Assembly: GCA_964016885.1 (NCBI GenBank)
Contig: OZ024740.1
Coordinates: forward strand, 149,544,001-149,608,000
DNA from: Eledone cirrhosa
Taxonomy: Eukaryota
Reading direction: 5' to 3'
Length of the DNA: 64,000 nt
Positions 1-13,880 of the stretch are shown here, one piece after another. Within the stretch, counting starts at the first letter, position 1; each line of letters opens with the position of its first letter. Under the pieces are notes generated by a model. The model was not told the origin of the DNA and did no database searches. It worked only from the letters and a program-made list of their open reading frames with translations. The translations under genes and the position numbers were made by a program.

Positions 1-2136
1 AACCCGTCGAGGGACATCCAGACATTAAAATGTCCCTTACCCTTGGGAGAGTCTACACAATACATCCTAACCAACAGGAATGCTTTTATCTCCGCCTTCT
101 ACTGCATGATGTGGTAGGATCGACATCTTTCGATGATCTGAAAACAATCAACGGAGAGCTTTGTACCTCATTCCGCGCAGCCTGCCTTAGACGAGGTCTA
201 CTGGAAGATGGCGCTCAGTGGGATGCGACATCGGCGGAGGCAGCTACAATAGCTCAGCGCGAACTCTTCGGCAACTCTTTGCGGTGCTACTGCAGACATG
301 CGAGTTAAGCGACCCTGCATCCTTATGGGAGAAATACTAAGAGGACCTTTCCGATGACTACATACACCAAGGACAACTGCTACTCCCTCATTCCGGCGTA
401 CCAATCAGCGACGAATTCTTCAACAAAGCTCTCATTGACATCGAGAACAAAATCCTAACTGCCGGGGGAAATGACTTTCCATTCTATGAACTGCCAAAAG
501 TTCAGCGAACGGGCTCCGACAAACTTCCGACGGGAATAATTCATGAAACTGCCTACGACGTCCACGCCCTCGAACTGTTCATCAACGAAAACGAGCCGAA
601 ATTGTTGCAGGACCAACGGCGGGCGTATGACACAGTTTGCACTTCCATTCATGAACGCAGAGGAGGTATCTTCTTTTTGGACGCCCCAGGAGGAACTGGT
701 AAAACATTCATCAATAAACTCCTCCTCGCCAAAGTGCGACAGCAGAAAGGAATCGCCCTGGCTGTGGCTTCTTCTGGCATTGCCGCAACTCTGCTGCCCG
801 GAGGTAGGACAGCTCATTCCGCATTTAAACTGCCATTGAACACGACTTCAGACGACACAATAACCTGCAATATCACCAAGGACTCTGACAAAGCAGAAGT
901 CTTGAAAAGATGCCACCTAATTGTGTGGGACGAATGCACAATGGCCCATAAAGGGTCCCTTGAGGCGTTAGACAGGACCCTACGAGACATCAGGGAATGC
1001 AACCGGTCGATGGGAGGAGTACCTCTACTGCTGTCTGGCGATTTTCGACAAACTCTTCCAGTTGTTCCAGGGCCGACACTGTGGGGGCTTGCATTAAGTC
1101 ATCTCCCCTGTGGCAGGAAGTGACAATCCTGACCCTCACAACAAACATGAGAGCCCAACTGCTCGGCGACCATTCAGCAGCCGACTTCTCAAAGGACCTC
1201 TTAAGAGTTGGTGACGGCACTGCACCTTCAGATGCAGCTGGAGAAATGGCAGTCTCGCAAGTAGGCACCGTTGTCGACACTGTTGACGACCTCACAGCCT
1301 CTGTCTTTCCCGATATGGCGACCAACTACAAAAACAAGAGTTGGCTCGAGTTGGCTCCGATAGAGCCATATTGGCTCCCAAAAATGTCTCAGTTGCAATA
1401 ATCAATAAGGACCTTCTGCAACGCATTCCTGGAAACCTCCGTACCTACAAATATGTGGACAAAGTGGTGGACAAAGATGAGGTTGACGATTTTCCAACAG
1501 AATTCCTCAATTCCTTGGACCTCTCTGGACTGCCACCTCATGAACTGCGCGTCAAAGTTGGGACTCCAGTGATGCTGTTGAGGAACCTGGAACCACCACG
1601 TCTCTGCAATGGAACACGGTTAGTGGTAAGAAACCTCCTGCCGCATGTAATTGAAGCCACAATTCTCACGGGCTGCAGCGCTGGTGAAGACGTCTTCATA
1701 CCCAGAATACCATTAACTCCATCAGGTTTGGAATGTCCCTATACTCTGCGCCGACTTCAATTCCCCGTTAAACTTTGCTCCGCGATGTCAATCAACAAGT
1801 CCCAAGGCCAAACGCTATCAATGGCAGGCCTGCATTTAGCCCAGCCGTGCTTCTCACACGGCCAATTATACGTCGCATGCTCAAGAGTGGGATGCAAGCA
1901 GAACTTATTCATACTTGCGCCCAAAGGCAGAACAAAAAATGTGGTCTACAGAGAGGTGTGGTGACTCCTCTATACAGCACCACTGCAGTCTTGCCGGTCT
2001 GACATATGGTGAGTAGATGCTATTGTTGTATATTTTCAAACTTACCCGTATTTACTTTCAATGCCTCAATATTCATTGAGTGGAATCATTAAAAGTACTT
2101 TAAAGCAATTAAACTCCGTGCAACGCCGGGCACTAG
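1..2136 (+). mobile_element. Helitron, 3' part (Rep C-terminus + Pif1 helicase + 3' terminus)
   Basis: Rep-side motif GRVYTIHP..ECFYLRLLL, Pif1 motifs, and terminal GC hairpin CTCCGTGCAACGCCGGG followed by CA-CTAG|T at 2114-2137. Confidence 0.93.
30..1964 (+). pseudogene. Helitron RepHel Pif1-family SF1 helicase, frameshifted
   Basis: DAPGGTGKT (Walker A), IVWDECTM, GDFRQTLPV, LTTNMR, LRNL..PRLCNGTRL, QFPV..SINKSQGQT, FSHGQLYVACSRV split over ORFs 30-308, 602-1123, 997-1401, 1341-1964. Confidence 0.93.
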
Positions 2137-2154
2137 TCATTATTATTATTATTG

Positions 2155-2375
2155 AAGGTGGATTGGTAGTATCGGTAGAGCATCGGTCAACATGCTTAGC
2201 GGCATAGAGTTACGGCCCTTTATGATCTGAGTTCAAATCCAGCCGAGGTTAACTTTGCCTTTCATCCTTACAGGGTCTATAAAATAAAGCACCATTAATG
2301 CGCTGGGGTCAATTTAATCAACTTTCCCCTCCCCAAAATTGCTGGCCTTGTGCCTTTAGTAGAATTCATTATTAT
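2155..2375 (+). mobile_element. tRNA-derived CORE-type SINE (octopus OR2-like)
   Basis: B-box GAGTTCAAATCC, CORE-like GCCTTTCATCCTTACAGGGTC..AAAATAAAG, (TTA)n ends; degenerate second copy 2376-2485. Confidence 0.75.
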
Positions 2376-2535
2376 TTTGCAGTTTCAGCAGAGCGCCAGC
2401 GTCATATAGTACGTCCCTTTACGTTCTGAGTTTAAATCCCACTGAAGTTATCCTTGCGTGGTTGATAAAATATAGTACCAGTAACTACAGATCTGTTAAA
2501 GAGATAAACTAGGGGCAAATGTGTCTAGTAAACGG

Positions 2536-4085
2536 CAACTACACCTGCTCAACGTCAGGGAAACGTTGGAGATGTGGCAGCCTCAGTGCATATTTGCACA
2601 TCATCAGTTACAGCATTCCTAGTCTTCCACACAAGGGTGTTGACAAACAATAGAGCACCTGACCTGTGGATCACATTTCGTTCACATAAAAGCGAAAGTG
2701 AAAATGATCCAGTCCCGTAGCACGTGAACTTGTGCAAGACAAGCGGTAATAGATGACGGAGGTAATGTTAGCGTGAGCCACATCTACCTGTCTTTTCGAG
2801 GACAGCTTCTTTCGAACTATTTCTGGATGACATTGGCCACCCTTCTCATCATTTTGTCCTTGTTCTTCTTCACCTGGGGATCTGGACCAAACTAGACCAC
2901 GAGCAATTTAAAAGATTCATCCACCCAGTGCTCCATTACTCCGTTAGGCGGCATCAACTTACTTCTCCAAGTGCCGAGAAGCAGGTCCACCTACTTTTCC
3001 TGGTTAATTTTCGATCTTGTCACCGGTTCTCCCTTAGAGCAGTGCTGATCACCTCGATATGGTTGGTGTCTGACACTACTATTGTGACATCGTCCTTATA
3101 TGCCGACACAGATCTGTCGCATCCCATTTAACAGGATTCCCCTATCCTATCTAGTTTCTACAGTCGTAGCTTTATAGTCAATATATACAGAAGTAACAAG
3201 AAGAAACAGCTTGAAGAAGCGAGCGCATGTTAATGGGTCCCAAAAGGTAACCTTTTACTACAGGGATCCATGCCCTAAAGACGGGACCGAAACTGGTTAC
3301 CATGAGGACAGCCGCCAAGTATAGATGGCAGTCCTGAAGATTGATCTGTTCGGGAAGGGGAAGACCTGTGCATCCCAATCAGAGCATCCACAACAGCTGC
3401 TAATCTCTTTGATAACATCTTGGCCAAAATCTTGAACACAGCGCTTAGCAAAATTATAGGCCAAAAATTGTGAATGTGGTTTTTATTGTTCGGATCCTTA
3501 CTCAATAACACCATCGCTCCTCCATACACAGAACTGGGAATTCTCCCATTCTGCTGCCAGTTGCGCTAGATATCACCCTAAATGTAACCTAACAAGTCTA
3601 AATTTTAGTGTAAATCTCGTGGGGCAGACCAACCATCTCCTCTCGTATTTCATGACTGTAATTGACTTTTCACAATACTCCCATTCTGGTGCCAAATGTC
3701 ATGGAAGGCTACCGAGGTGGACACTGAAGTCCAAGCTCTAATCCTGTCTACCACTCCTCCCGAACAACTGAGCAAAGAATCACTAAAACGTCATGCACAT
3801 CTGTTTGGAATTGAGGAGCACACGCTTATCGTAGTCCGATAAAAACCGAATTGTGACTTTGTTGGTACGCCACGAATCTGACGCTCGGACACTTTATACT
3901 TGGCGTTGAAGACTGGGTCGAGGGCCAATATTACTGCAAAGACATTGGCCGGAATGACTTTCCTAAAAGCCTCTCCTAAGTTTCTAACTAGCTTTCTTTT
4001 TTATCTAGATTTCTCTACCATCATTCCTTTATCGATCCTACTCTTCGTTGCTGGTCACGTCCAGCACCAGCCATGTTCATCCTAG
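2536..4085 (-). pseudogene. L1/Tx1-like LINE ORF2 reverse transcriptase fragment
   Basis: FWPIILLSAVFKILAKMLSKRL and VSAY(K)DDVTI (YADD remnant near 3080-3110); many stops and frameshifts. Confidence 0.7.
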
Positions 4086-4879
4086 ATCCAAGACAATGGC
4101 TCATATCGTGAGATCCAGACCTTTTCGAAACAAAACAGCAGCTTTCGAACCTAGATGACTTGAAAACGCGCGTACCTCGTAGCCACCTTGATTGATTTGT
4201 TGGCGGTGGCGTTTTCGCTTTTCCTTTTTATGGTTGTAATTATCAATGTTGTAGTGACTTATAGGAATATATTTTTTGAAGTATTATTCTGGCTACTCAT
4301 TAAGTTCAAAGCAAAGTTTTTTTGTTATTATTGCTGGTGATTTTATATTTCTGATTTCTACCTGGAGGTTGAAATTCAGAATCATACTTATGGGTGAAAC
4401 ACATTGTTGGTTATCATTTGCACCGAGTGAGCAGTTGTGACTATTCCGCTCTGTGAATTATTTGCCTCCATTTTTTGCTAAAAAATAAGGGCATGTTTAT
4501 ATCTAAAATATAGATTTTGCGCCTATAAGGCCAAATTCTGAGAATCACCCTTTCTTTCAAAAAAATGAGGAGGTGGGGGGCCTTAGTTACATTAATTTAA
4601 CAAAATCTTACTAAAATGCGTGTTGTAAACAAGTGAAAACAAGAACCTTATGACAGCGATGAGAACATGTGTAAATAAAACAAAGTAATAATAATAATAA
4701 TAATGCTTTCTTTATTAGCCATACAGGTTCACACTAAGAAAATATTAAGGGCGGCACAAGACGATGCAGTGTGGGTTTTTACGTGTAAAATAAATTATGA
4801 AAATTTAATCAACGCTTTCAAGCGTGTCGATCACGTGACCTTTTTCACTGTAGCCATCAGGTAGATAAAAACGGCATGT

Positions 4880-5440
4880 CATTTCCGGCTAAAGAACAGA
4901 GTTAGTACGTACAAACGAGACTTGGCGGACCAAATGCATGATACTGAGCGGCTCCGATATGTGGCGATTCACTCAGACCACCGAGCAGATATCATTGTGA
5001 ATTCCAGTGATCCATGCCCTAATAACGGGGACAAAATCGGCCACCCTGAGGACAACTGTCAGGTACAGATTGTCTATCCGATCAAAAGCTTTTGATCGAT
5101 CCAAATTGATTAGGGCCCCATTCGTGACAGGTTCCTTACTTACCCTCTCTGTGATGTATCGTATGAGGTAGAGGTTGTCATAGATAGATCTGTTTGAATG
5201 TAGTATGTCAGCACCTCTCCAGCCTGACCGTTGACGAGACATGCTAAACTCAGTGCTAACCATATCTACTTGCCTCTGTGTAGGTGTTGGTAGCAGATGG
5301 ACCGCCTCACCAATGGAACCTGTCCTTTCCACAAAAAGCGAAAGAGCATACGTTCCAATTTGGTGATGTGCGAACGGGAGCAAGGTACGACGGTCAGGTG
5401 GTTGTAGATAATGGACGTGTTGTACGTGTTCACCACCTTC
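4880..5440 (-). pseudogene. Second L1/Tx1-like RT fragment
   Basis: NRSIYDNLYLIRY..GALINLDRSKAFDRID..YL..VL in ORF 4973-5476. Confidence 0.7.
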
Positions 5441-6735
5441 ACCCGACCTTTCAGGAATAGCTTCCTCTCGACCCATTTTGGTTGAGAGAGGCTCCCCAGC
5501 TCGTTACCTCGTCAAGATTTTTAACCACCTGGAGGTCTGTTCCGAACTAGATCTTAAGCAACTTCACCGGTCCGTCCGTTCGGCGTCCAACGACGTTGTT
5601 GAACGGCATGGATTTGCCTGTCCAGGTGCCGAACTACAAACCCACCAACTTTTCCGGGTTCAGTTTTACTCCCGTCAACCTTTCATTATGGCAGCTAAAT
5701 CACCCTCAAACCACAACCGTTTGTTATCAGTGGATAACTTATAAAAATTATCCACTGATAGAGAAGCGGTGATTCGAAAGCTTCACTGATGTCGAAGGTA
5801 AAGTTTTTTCTTTATTGAGGTGTGAGTATGTTTTGATGATAGTAGGTGATCTGAAGAATCTTGTGAGATTCCTGCTAAGACGTTGCATCGAGGTGTGTGG
5901 AGCAGAAGGTGGTATCAGGTGAAGAATTGTTGTAATTGGTTTGGTGACATGCATGTGCATGCGTTAATGTGGGTTGTTTAAGATGGAGAAGACATTTAGT
6001 TTTGTGTGATACCTACTATTTGAAGACCAGGACATGCTACGTGTATAGAAATTTCCCCACAATGACTGTGTTTTGTAGAATGTCAAAGTTTTATAGTTGT
6101 GTTGTATAACCGGGCTAGATACTTGGTGGGCCAAGTGACGGTACGCGCGCGTGTGTGAGAGAGAGCACGCGCGTGTGCTAATATATTTTTGAAAGCGTGC
6201 ATTTCTAGTGTGGTATTTATATTGTTTTCTAGTATTTTAAATATTTTGTCAGATTTACAATGAATTTTGTGTGTGCGAAATTTCTTTTAAATGCATTCTT
6301 TGTGGGCCTGTGACACTAAGTAGGTGGATACTATAGTTACGCTCTGTTTTTATTGTTTGTTTTGTATGTTTCATTATGTATTGTTATATTTCAACACCCG
6401 ATTTCCCATAAAGAATCTTGCAAAACAAATACATTAATATATACATATATATATATATAAGGGTATTCTTTGATTGATCTTTTCTAATTTGAAAAGTAGC
6501 GTTTGAAAGGCACCATCATTATTTGATGGCATTCCCACATTCCACTAGCATTCAAGCCGTGACCACACTGTCTTCTTTTCCAGTACAATATATATAGATT
6601 TACTTCATTCATTTTAACGTAGTAACGTGTTATTTGAAGATTTAATTATACATTTTGCAGGTCCAGTGACCGCTTAAACTCAACATTAAGCTTAACCTCA
6701 CTTGTAGCTGAGGGTAGGCATAGGTCATGGCTATA

Positions 6736-7086
6736 CAGTAGTTCACCGGTATTCGCGGGTGTTACGTGCCTCGAACACCCGCGAAGAGTGAAAAACCGTG
6801 AATATTGGACATGGTCCAAAAAATGCCTATAAACGTCAAAATATAACATAAAATATAATTAAAAAAGAGGGAGCGTCTCATGCGAAGGGGTGTCCAATAG
6901 GCCGGCAAATACGGTATATTGTTATTAATAATTTAGCGTTAAAAAATGTATATTGCTACGAAAAAAGCCATTTAAAAAATTGCGGAAGATTCCGCGGACA
7001 TGCGGTGGTTTCCACGAACAATTATTAGTTAGGCTTTAAGGAAAATTCCGCGAATAACCAGGACCACGAATATCTGGGGTACACTG
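6736..7086. mobile_element. Tigger/pogo-like non-autonomous DNA transposon (MITE)
   Basis: TA|CAGTAGTTCACCGGTATTCGCGG ... CCACGAATATCTGGGGTACACTG|TA: imperfect TIRs with TA target duplication. Confidence 0.6.
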
Positions 7087-7726
7087 TATTCCTTTCCTAC
7101 TAGCAAAAACCATAAAATACATCTCATAGCTATGAAACTAGATTGAAATGTAAGTACCTACGTTTAGTCTGTGTTTGTGTTGTTTACGAATTAGAAACTT
7201 GACGTCGTTTGCATGTCCAATCCAGAATGACAAAGTAAAATCACAGATTGTTTTACTGTTTGGTCTAATATACGTCCGGAAAATGTAAATCTCATAGTAT
7301 GCTGAAATGTTTGCTCTTTGTTATTGAAATAACCAAAAAAAGCAGACATACCACGTCAACATAGCCCCCAGAAATCGGTCACCGTCAACTCTGAAATCAC
7401 TTGTCATTCAGTAGATGTATTGTATTCATAGAAAAATTGTTTGATGGATGGTGTGAATACTGTAACTGACTTAGTCGCATTTATAATTCTTTTGTAATGT
7501 CAGAATCTTACATGTCTTGTCTAATATATTTTGAGTGTCTTTATAACACTGTACAACTTGCAAGACTACAGAATCTGGGTAAGAAAATTTCCAGTTCAAA
7601 GTCAGAAGATTTCGCATTTTTAATTTGTTGCATTGTGTTCGTATTCTTGTACTTGCATTGTGTTCGTATTCTTGTTCTTTTATCTCTATATATGGTAAGA
7701 CATTTTCTAGAGGCTTATTCTTGCTC

Positions 7727-9075
7727 TTATTATTTTTTTTTATTTTCATTTATCTTGCTTTATGTTCATACGAGTTATCACCAAGTCACAACCAGTGACC
7801 TCAAGAGACAACAACGTTTACCATGTTCAAGAAAGAACATACATATACGCACATGTATCTTTAGGTGTTTAGACTTGTGATGTATTTATATTGACAGAAT
7901 CTTCCTTGGTATATGGGCAGTTCCCATTAGTACTATCTTTTGAATTTCTTCTATACGTGGGTTTCTTGGGATTTGGGATAAGTAATCATTAGATCCTTTA
8001 GGTATCATTCCTAGAGCGCCTACAACCACTGGTATTGTTTTAATTCTCAACTTCCGCATTTTTCCAATCTCTATCTCCAGGTCTTTATACTTGCTCAATT
8101 TTTCAAATGTTTTTATAGATACATTCTTGTCTATTGGAACAGACATATAAATTAGCAGGCATACCCTCTTTTTAAAGTCATTCAGTATTATATCAGGTCT
8201 ATTTGCATCTAATTTTCGGTCTGTTTGGATGCTAAAGATCCACAAAATTGAGATGTGACCTTTTTAAAGTACAGGAGGTGGTTGATGCTCCCACCAATTC
8301 TTTTGATGGGGCAGGTCAAAATGCTTACACATTACCCAATGTATGTATTATGCAGCTCTGTCGTGCCTGTTTAGGTATTCGGTTAGACTGCGCATTGGAA
8401 TTATATGATCAATGGTCTCTGGTTGTTTTTTTATATACACGGCATAATGGGTTGCATCTATTTTTTATGATGTTGGCTTAATATTTTTGAGGGAAGACAC
8501 TGATCTTGTGCTGACATAATCAGTCCTTCAGTCTCCGATTTCAGTCCAGAGGAGGCCAACCACTGATGGGTTAAAGTTTTGTCAACATTAGGATTATTAG
8601 CTCTTTCTGGGTATTTTCTATACAGAGGCTTTTCTTACAATTTCTTAGCCAGTTTCTGTAGCAGTTCTTTCTTTGCAGTTACTGTTACCTGCTTTGCTTC
8701 TTCTGTGTTATTCATTTCAGCAGTTAAGGGAATGTTAAGTGTAATGGAGTATGATCTATTGTTGCTTTCGTGTTTCAAAACGAGTTTGATCATCCAATCA
8801 TGTGCTTCCCTATGTAGATAATCCAATTGTTGCAGTTTTCAAAGAAATATCTAACTGGATTAATCCACATCCTCCTTCTTTCCTAGAGAGTTATATTCTA
8901 TCTGTATCTGCCTTAGGGTGATGCATTCTGTGCATGGTTAAGAATTTTCTAATTTTCGTATCGAGCCTACGGATCTCTGTACTTAACCAGTTGATGACAT
9001 TGAAACTGTAAGCTACTACTGGTATGGCAAGTGTGTTCATGGCATCGATCCTATTCCTTGCATTCAACTCCGTTC
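7727..9075 (-). mobile_element. R4/Dong-clade non-LTR retrotransposon, 5'-truncated (restriction-like endonuclease)
   Basis: IQTDRKLDANRPDIIL..CLLI..SVP..EKLSKYKDL..IPVVVGALG (RLE PD-D/ExK domain, ORF 7886-8245); (TAA)n context at both ends. Confidence 0.82.
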
Positions 9076-9091
9076 ATTATTATTATTATTA

Positions 9092-9263
9092 TGGTGGTGA
9101 ATTAGCAGTATCGGTAGAGGGTCGGACATGCTTTCCAGCATAGTTACGTCCCTTTACGATCTGAGTTCAAATCTGGCTGAGATTAACTTTGCCTTTCATC
9201 CTTACGGGGTCGATAAAATAAAGTACCAGTAATGTACTGGGTAATTGCTGGCCTTGTGCCAAA

Positions 9264-9342
<79 letters not shown>
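9092..9342 (+). mobile_element. CORE-type SINE with long (TTA)n tail
   Basis: Same B-box and CORE as 2155-2375; (TTA)n at about 9266-9342. Confidence 0.75.
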
Positions 9343-9343
<1 letters not shown>

Positions 9344-10022
9344 CGGGGAGGGGCATGGGGAAAGAGTCCTCAAGCGCGCCTTCCAGTGGGTCCTGTCAGA
9401 AGCAACCGTCTCCAATTGATCCGGCTAGATCCCCAAGCGAAATCAGCCAAGCTAATGGAGGTTATCCAACCATCTAGCTCGGTGTATACATCTGGGTATC
9501 CTGTCGGTTGGTTTTGCCCTTAAAATCTGTCCAGTGATTCTTTCCTGAGACATTCTAACGACAGGTTCATAGCATCGGAGCTGAGATCTCTCAATTCGGA
9601 GAAGTAGTAGCTCTACCTGGAGTGACTCTCTGATCTCCGAGCTACGCACTCTATCGAGTAACGTTACTCCAAAACTTGACAGAAGGTGATCTCCGACATG
9701 CACTTGATAGGTTTGATACCGAGTGCTGCATGACTAGAATGAAAATCACTGCTGCGAAAACTGAGACACTCGTTCTTTCATGGAAACCTGCACAGCGCAC
9801 TCGACATATGAATGGAGTTCTACTGTGGAGAATTTCAAGTAAATTAAGGCCTTATTCACGAGTTATGGAAGGCAGGATACTGAATTATGTGCAATAATTA
9901 CAGGAGCTGATGCAGTAATGCGTCAGCTTCAACATTCAAGTAATCAGAAGAAGGTGGTAGGTGTAAAACCCAAACTCGCTATCTTCAATTCGGCATTCGT
10001 GCCACCCCTTACTTATGGTCAT
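9343..10022. mobile_element. RTE-clade LINE 3' fragment with inverted 5' part
   Basis: Minus 9343-9675 GVTLLDRVRS..IERSQLR..VVRM; plus 9680-10022 DLRHALDRF..MKI..KTETLV..PLTYGH. Confidence 0.7.
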
Positions 10023-10559
10023 TCAAAAGAATACGCCCGCATGCAGGCTTGCATACATATTTACCTTGTTGATGTTCTCTAAATTCCGATGAATGAGTCT
10101 TGTGTCTGTTAGAAACCGACTCTCTTCTTATTAGTAAAAAAATATAAAATTATAAAACCAGAAGAACATACATACGTGCATACACAGACATACAGACATT
10201 TGTATATACACAGACAAGGAAACAAGCATACAGGTGAAGTGGGAGAGGGAGAGCAAGGGAGACACAACAAACGACAAAGAAACTAGGCTTAACAGAAGGG
10301 AAGAAAAACTGTACTCGCTGTCATTCTTTTGGAATGTAGCCCATTGTTTGTTGTATTTTATGTACTACACACCCAATTTTCCTTATGCTAGCTTACTACT
10401 GTTTTTTCTCACACTTCCACTCTTTACTGTATCACAGTATACTTTCATACCCTGGAGTTACAAAGAAGTTTTAAAAATAAAAAAGTAAAACAAGAGCGAT
10501 GGTGAATGTATTAAGAAGAGTAAAAAAAGTGTCACAACCCTCTTTCCCATTCTGAAAAA

Positions 10560-10900
10560 TGGGCTTCTATCGGTTTCGACGATTAGTGTTTCAGTTACTT
10601 TATCAACGGAACAGCCTGGTCATGAAATTAATGTGTAATTGGCAGAGCATTCTATAGACAGACCCTAAACGTAATTCTCAGGGAGATTCAGCAAGTCACA
10701 GTGTGACAAGGCTGCTCATTTGAAGTACATGTATAGTCCATCCGACATGCTTCTAAGCAGTTTCCACCAATCCAGTCGCACTCACAAGGCACGTGTCGAT
10801 CCGATGCAATAGTAAATGACACTTGCCCAGAATGCCATACCGTGAGATCGAACCCGGGACTTAATGATGATTGTGAAGCGAACTTAACCATTAGGCCATA
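10560..10900 (-). mobile_element. tRNA-derived SINE
   Basis: On minus strand: A-box TGGCCTAATGG, B-box GGGTTCGATCTC, CTGGGCAAGTGTC body. Confidence 0.6.
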
Positions 10901-10904
10901 ATTA

Positions 10905-10955
<51 letters not shown>

Positions 10956-11060
10956 TCCATCGCTGGAAATTTAAATATCACCGCAGAATCCGATTCGTTT
11001 ACAGATTGAATATGCAACGTGCTTATTAGCTAATCAAATCCTTTCCCTGTATATGTATGT

Positions 11061-11645
11061 ATGTACAAGAACAACCTCAAAGAGCTGGCATTTGATATAG
11101 ACTACTGCGAGGAGATAGCTCTAAATAGGGCTGAGTGGAGAAAGCGCATAAAGGGCAGTTGCAAAACGTTTACAGAACGTCGCCTAGAACATAAACAACT
11201 GAAGCGTCAGCACCGGAAGGGTTTGGCTCACAGTCTTGATGAAGACATCAGTAGTTTGAGATGTGAATTCTGTCAACGTGTACTCATCACAAAAGCTGGT
11301 TAATTTAATCACCTGAAGCCACATGAAAAACAACCACCCTCAGCACCACTCAAAAAAAACCTGGTAAAACAACGTGCGTTATATATGCAACAAAGTGTGT
11401 AGAACTAGTTCCGGACTAAATAAAACACATGGTGGTGCATAAAGATTGTATCCCACAAAATGACTCCACCAATCCTGTGGAAAGTATAACTCTCTTCTGT
11501 CACCTGTGTCATAAACCATGCAGATCTGCAGCTGAACTAAAACGTCATCAACGAAGTCATTGGCGTGGATGGGATGACAATGAAATATAAATAAGAGACG
11601 GCAATCGTCTGCGAAAACGCTGCAATCTTTATGTATGTATGTATG
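11061..11645 (+). mobile_element. RTE LINE 3' end with C2H2 zinc-finger remnants
   Basis: YKNNLKEL..EEIALNRAEWRKRI..C EFCQR; flanked by (ATGT)n. Confidence 0.65.
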
Positions 11646-11941
11646 TTCTTCTGATTTTATAATTTTATAAATTTTTACCAAGAAAAAGAGAGTCAGTTTC
11701 TAAGATAGATACAAGACTCTCTCAATTAGGTAAATATGTATGTGTGTGCAGGTATGGATGTTATTTATGTGCGGATGTGGATGTTTTGAGTTACATGTGT
11801 GCATGTGCATATGCTTTGCATTTGTACATGTGCACATGCAGTTATTAGATGCAGAATTTTTGAAATAGTTATTAGACATAGAATTTTTGGAATGAGTTAT
11901 TAGATACAGGATTTTTGGAATGTATTAATGTACGTATGTAT

Positions 11942-13880
11942 GTTTCATGTCACCCTGGGAGTGTGCAAAGAGATCACAATCATCTGCATTCAGAAATTCT
12001 CTGATCAAGGTACTCAGTAACTTAGTGTTGGCAGTGAGACTCCTGAAGTTGAACAGCTTGCCGGAATTGCGATATCTGAGAGATATACCGTGTTGACAAT
12101 TCTGAAAGGTCATGAAGAACACCATTGCAAAATACAGGGCAAGCAAAGTTGGTGCAGGAATATCACCTTGCCTGACACCATTTTCAACCGAGCTTGTTTA
12201 CCCAGGCCTGCATGTCATCGTGGAAGAGCTTGAGCATGTTCACAAACTTTTCTTGACAGCCCAATCTCTCCAAAATAAGCACAATGCCTTCCGATTGACG
12301 GTGTCAAATGCCTTGGTCAGATCGACAAAAAACTTGGTATAAGTCCATGCGCTACTCAATGCATTTCTCTTGAAGTTGTTTGGCCGAGAAGACCTTGTCA
12401 ACAATGCCTCTGCCATCCCTGAAGCCACATTGGGACTCAGGAAGTACCTCAAAAGAAATGTGCTGTATCAATCTGTCCAACAAAATCTTGTACAAGATCT
12501 TCCCAGCCACAGATAGCAGGGAAATACCTCTGCAGTTGCCACAGTAATCTTAGGCTCCCTTTCCTTTGTAAAGTATCACCATCAATGCATCTTTTCTGTC
12601 CTGCGGTACATCTTCCATCCTTATGGATTTGTTTCCAATGCATGCAATGTTTTGGGACTGACAATCAGTCTGAAGAAGACTGTCGTCATGTACCTCCTTC
12701 TCCGGGTAAAGTTTTCAATGAATCTTCCATATATGTATACGATCAAAAGCTGAAGGTTGCTGACAGATTTGTGTATTTGGAGAGTACTCTGAGTGTGACC
12801 TGATCTCTGGGTGCAGAAGTAGGTCTGCATGTTAGCAAAGCAAGTGAGTCATTTGGAAGGCTTAGTGACCGTCTGTGGTGCAGGAGAGGAATCACAATGA
12901 AGACCAAGGTAAAGGTGTATGCCGCATGTGTACTGTCAGCATTGTTGTATGAGTGTGAGACATGGGTTGCATACAAACAACATATCAAAAGACTGGAACG
13001 ATTTCAACAGCAGTGTCTCAGAAAGATGTTCGGTATCAAGTGGCAGATGCATGTGAGTGATGTTGAGGCCCTTGAGAGAAGTGAGTGTCAGAGTATTAAA
13101 AGTTTCATCCACCAACGTTGTTTGCGCTGGACCGGACACCTCTGCAGAATGGAAGATGATCGAATCCCGAAATAACTTTTGTATGGCAAGCTTTGTAAAG
13201 GTACGAGACCACCTCACAAACCAAAGCTCCGCTTCAAAGATTGTGTAAAGGACTCATTGAAAAGAACTTGCTTGGTGGTGGCTGACTGGGAGATAGAAGC
13301 TCTTGAAAGAGAACCTTGGCGTGGAATGGTGAATGATGGGTCCATAATTTTGAGAACAGGTGCATAGAGCACGAGAAGATCAAATGGGATGTGTGTAAGT
13401 AATGCCCTGGTTATTTCTCGAAACGATCGGTGTCTCCACTGAATTGGTGTGCCCTGGGTGTGGAAAGATTTTTTTGAGCAAATCTGATCTCAGGAGCCAC
13501 AGTCGCAGCTATGTTCAGAGAGAACCAGTGAACTATGATCTCAACGCTATTGCAAAAGTTCACAGGCAAACTTATGCAAGACCTGAGGCTAGGGAGATTC
13601 ATAGTTGTCGTCAATGTGCGAAGGAGTGCAAGTCTCTAGCAGGCTTGAAAAGTCATATCTGAGCGTCACACATCTGAATCTGATAAGCGATTGCAATACT
13701 CGCAGGATAGTTTGCAGCCATCATGTATGTATATATGTATGTATGCATGCATATAAGTATGTATATATGTATGTATATATGCATGTATGTATGTATTTAT
13801 GTATTCACGTACGTACGTATGTATGTACATATAAATGTATGTTTATATATGTATCTGTGTATGCATCAATGTATGTATGT
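11942..13880. mobile_element. RTE (BovB-like) LINE with 5' inversion
   Basis: Minus 11942-12600: FVDLTKAFDTVNR, GVRQG, LNADDCDL. Plus 12621-13720: KTKVKVYAACVLSALLYECETW, LRWTGHLCRM, two C2H2-like fingers, (ATGT)n tail. Confidence 0.85.

Noticed and set aside
602-1964. Host PIF1 gene
   Set aside because: Intronless, frameshifted, with Rep motifs upstream and a Helitron hairpin-CTAG end
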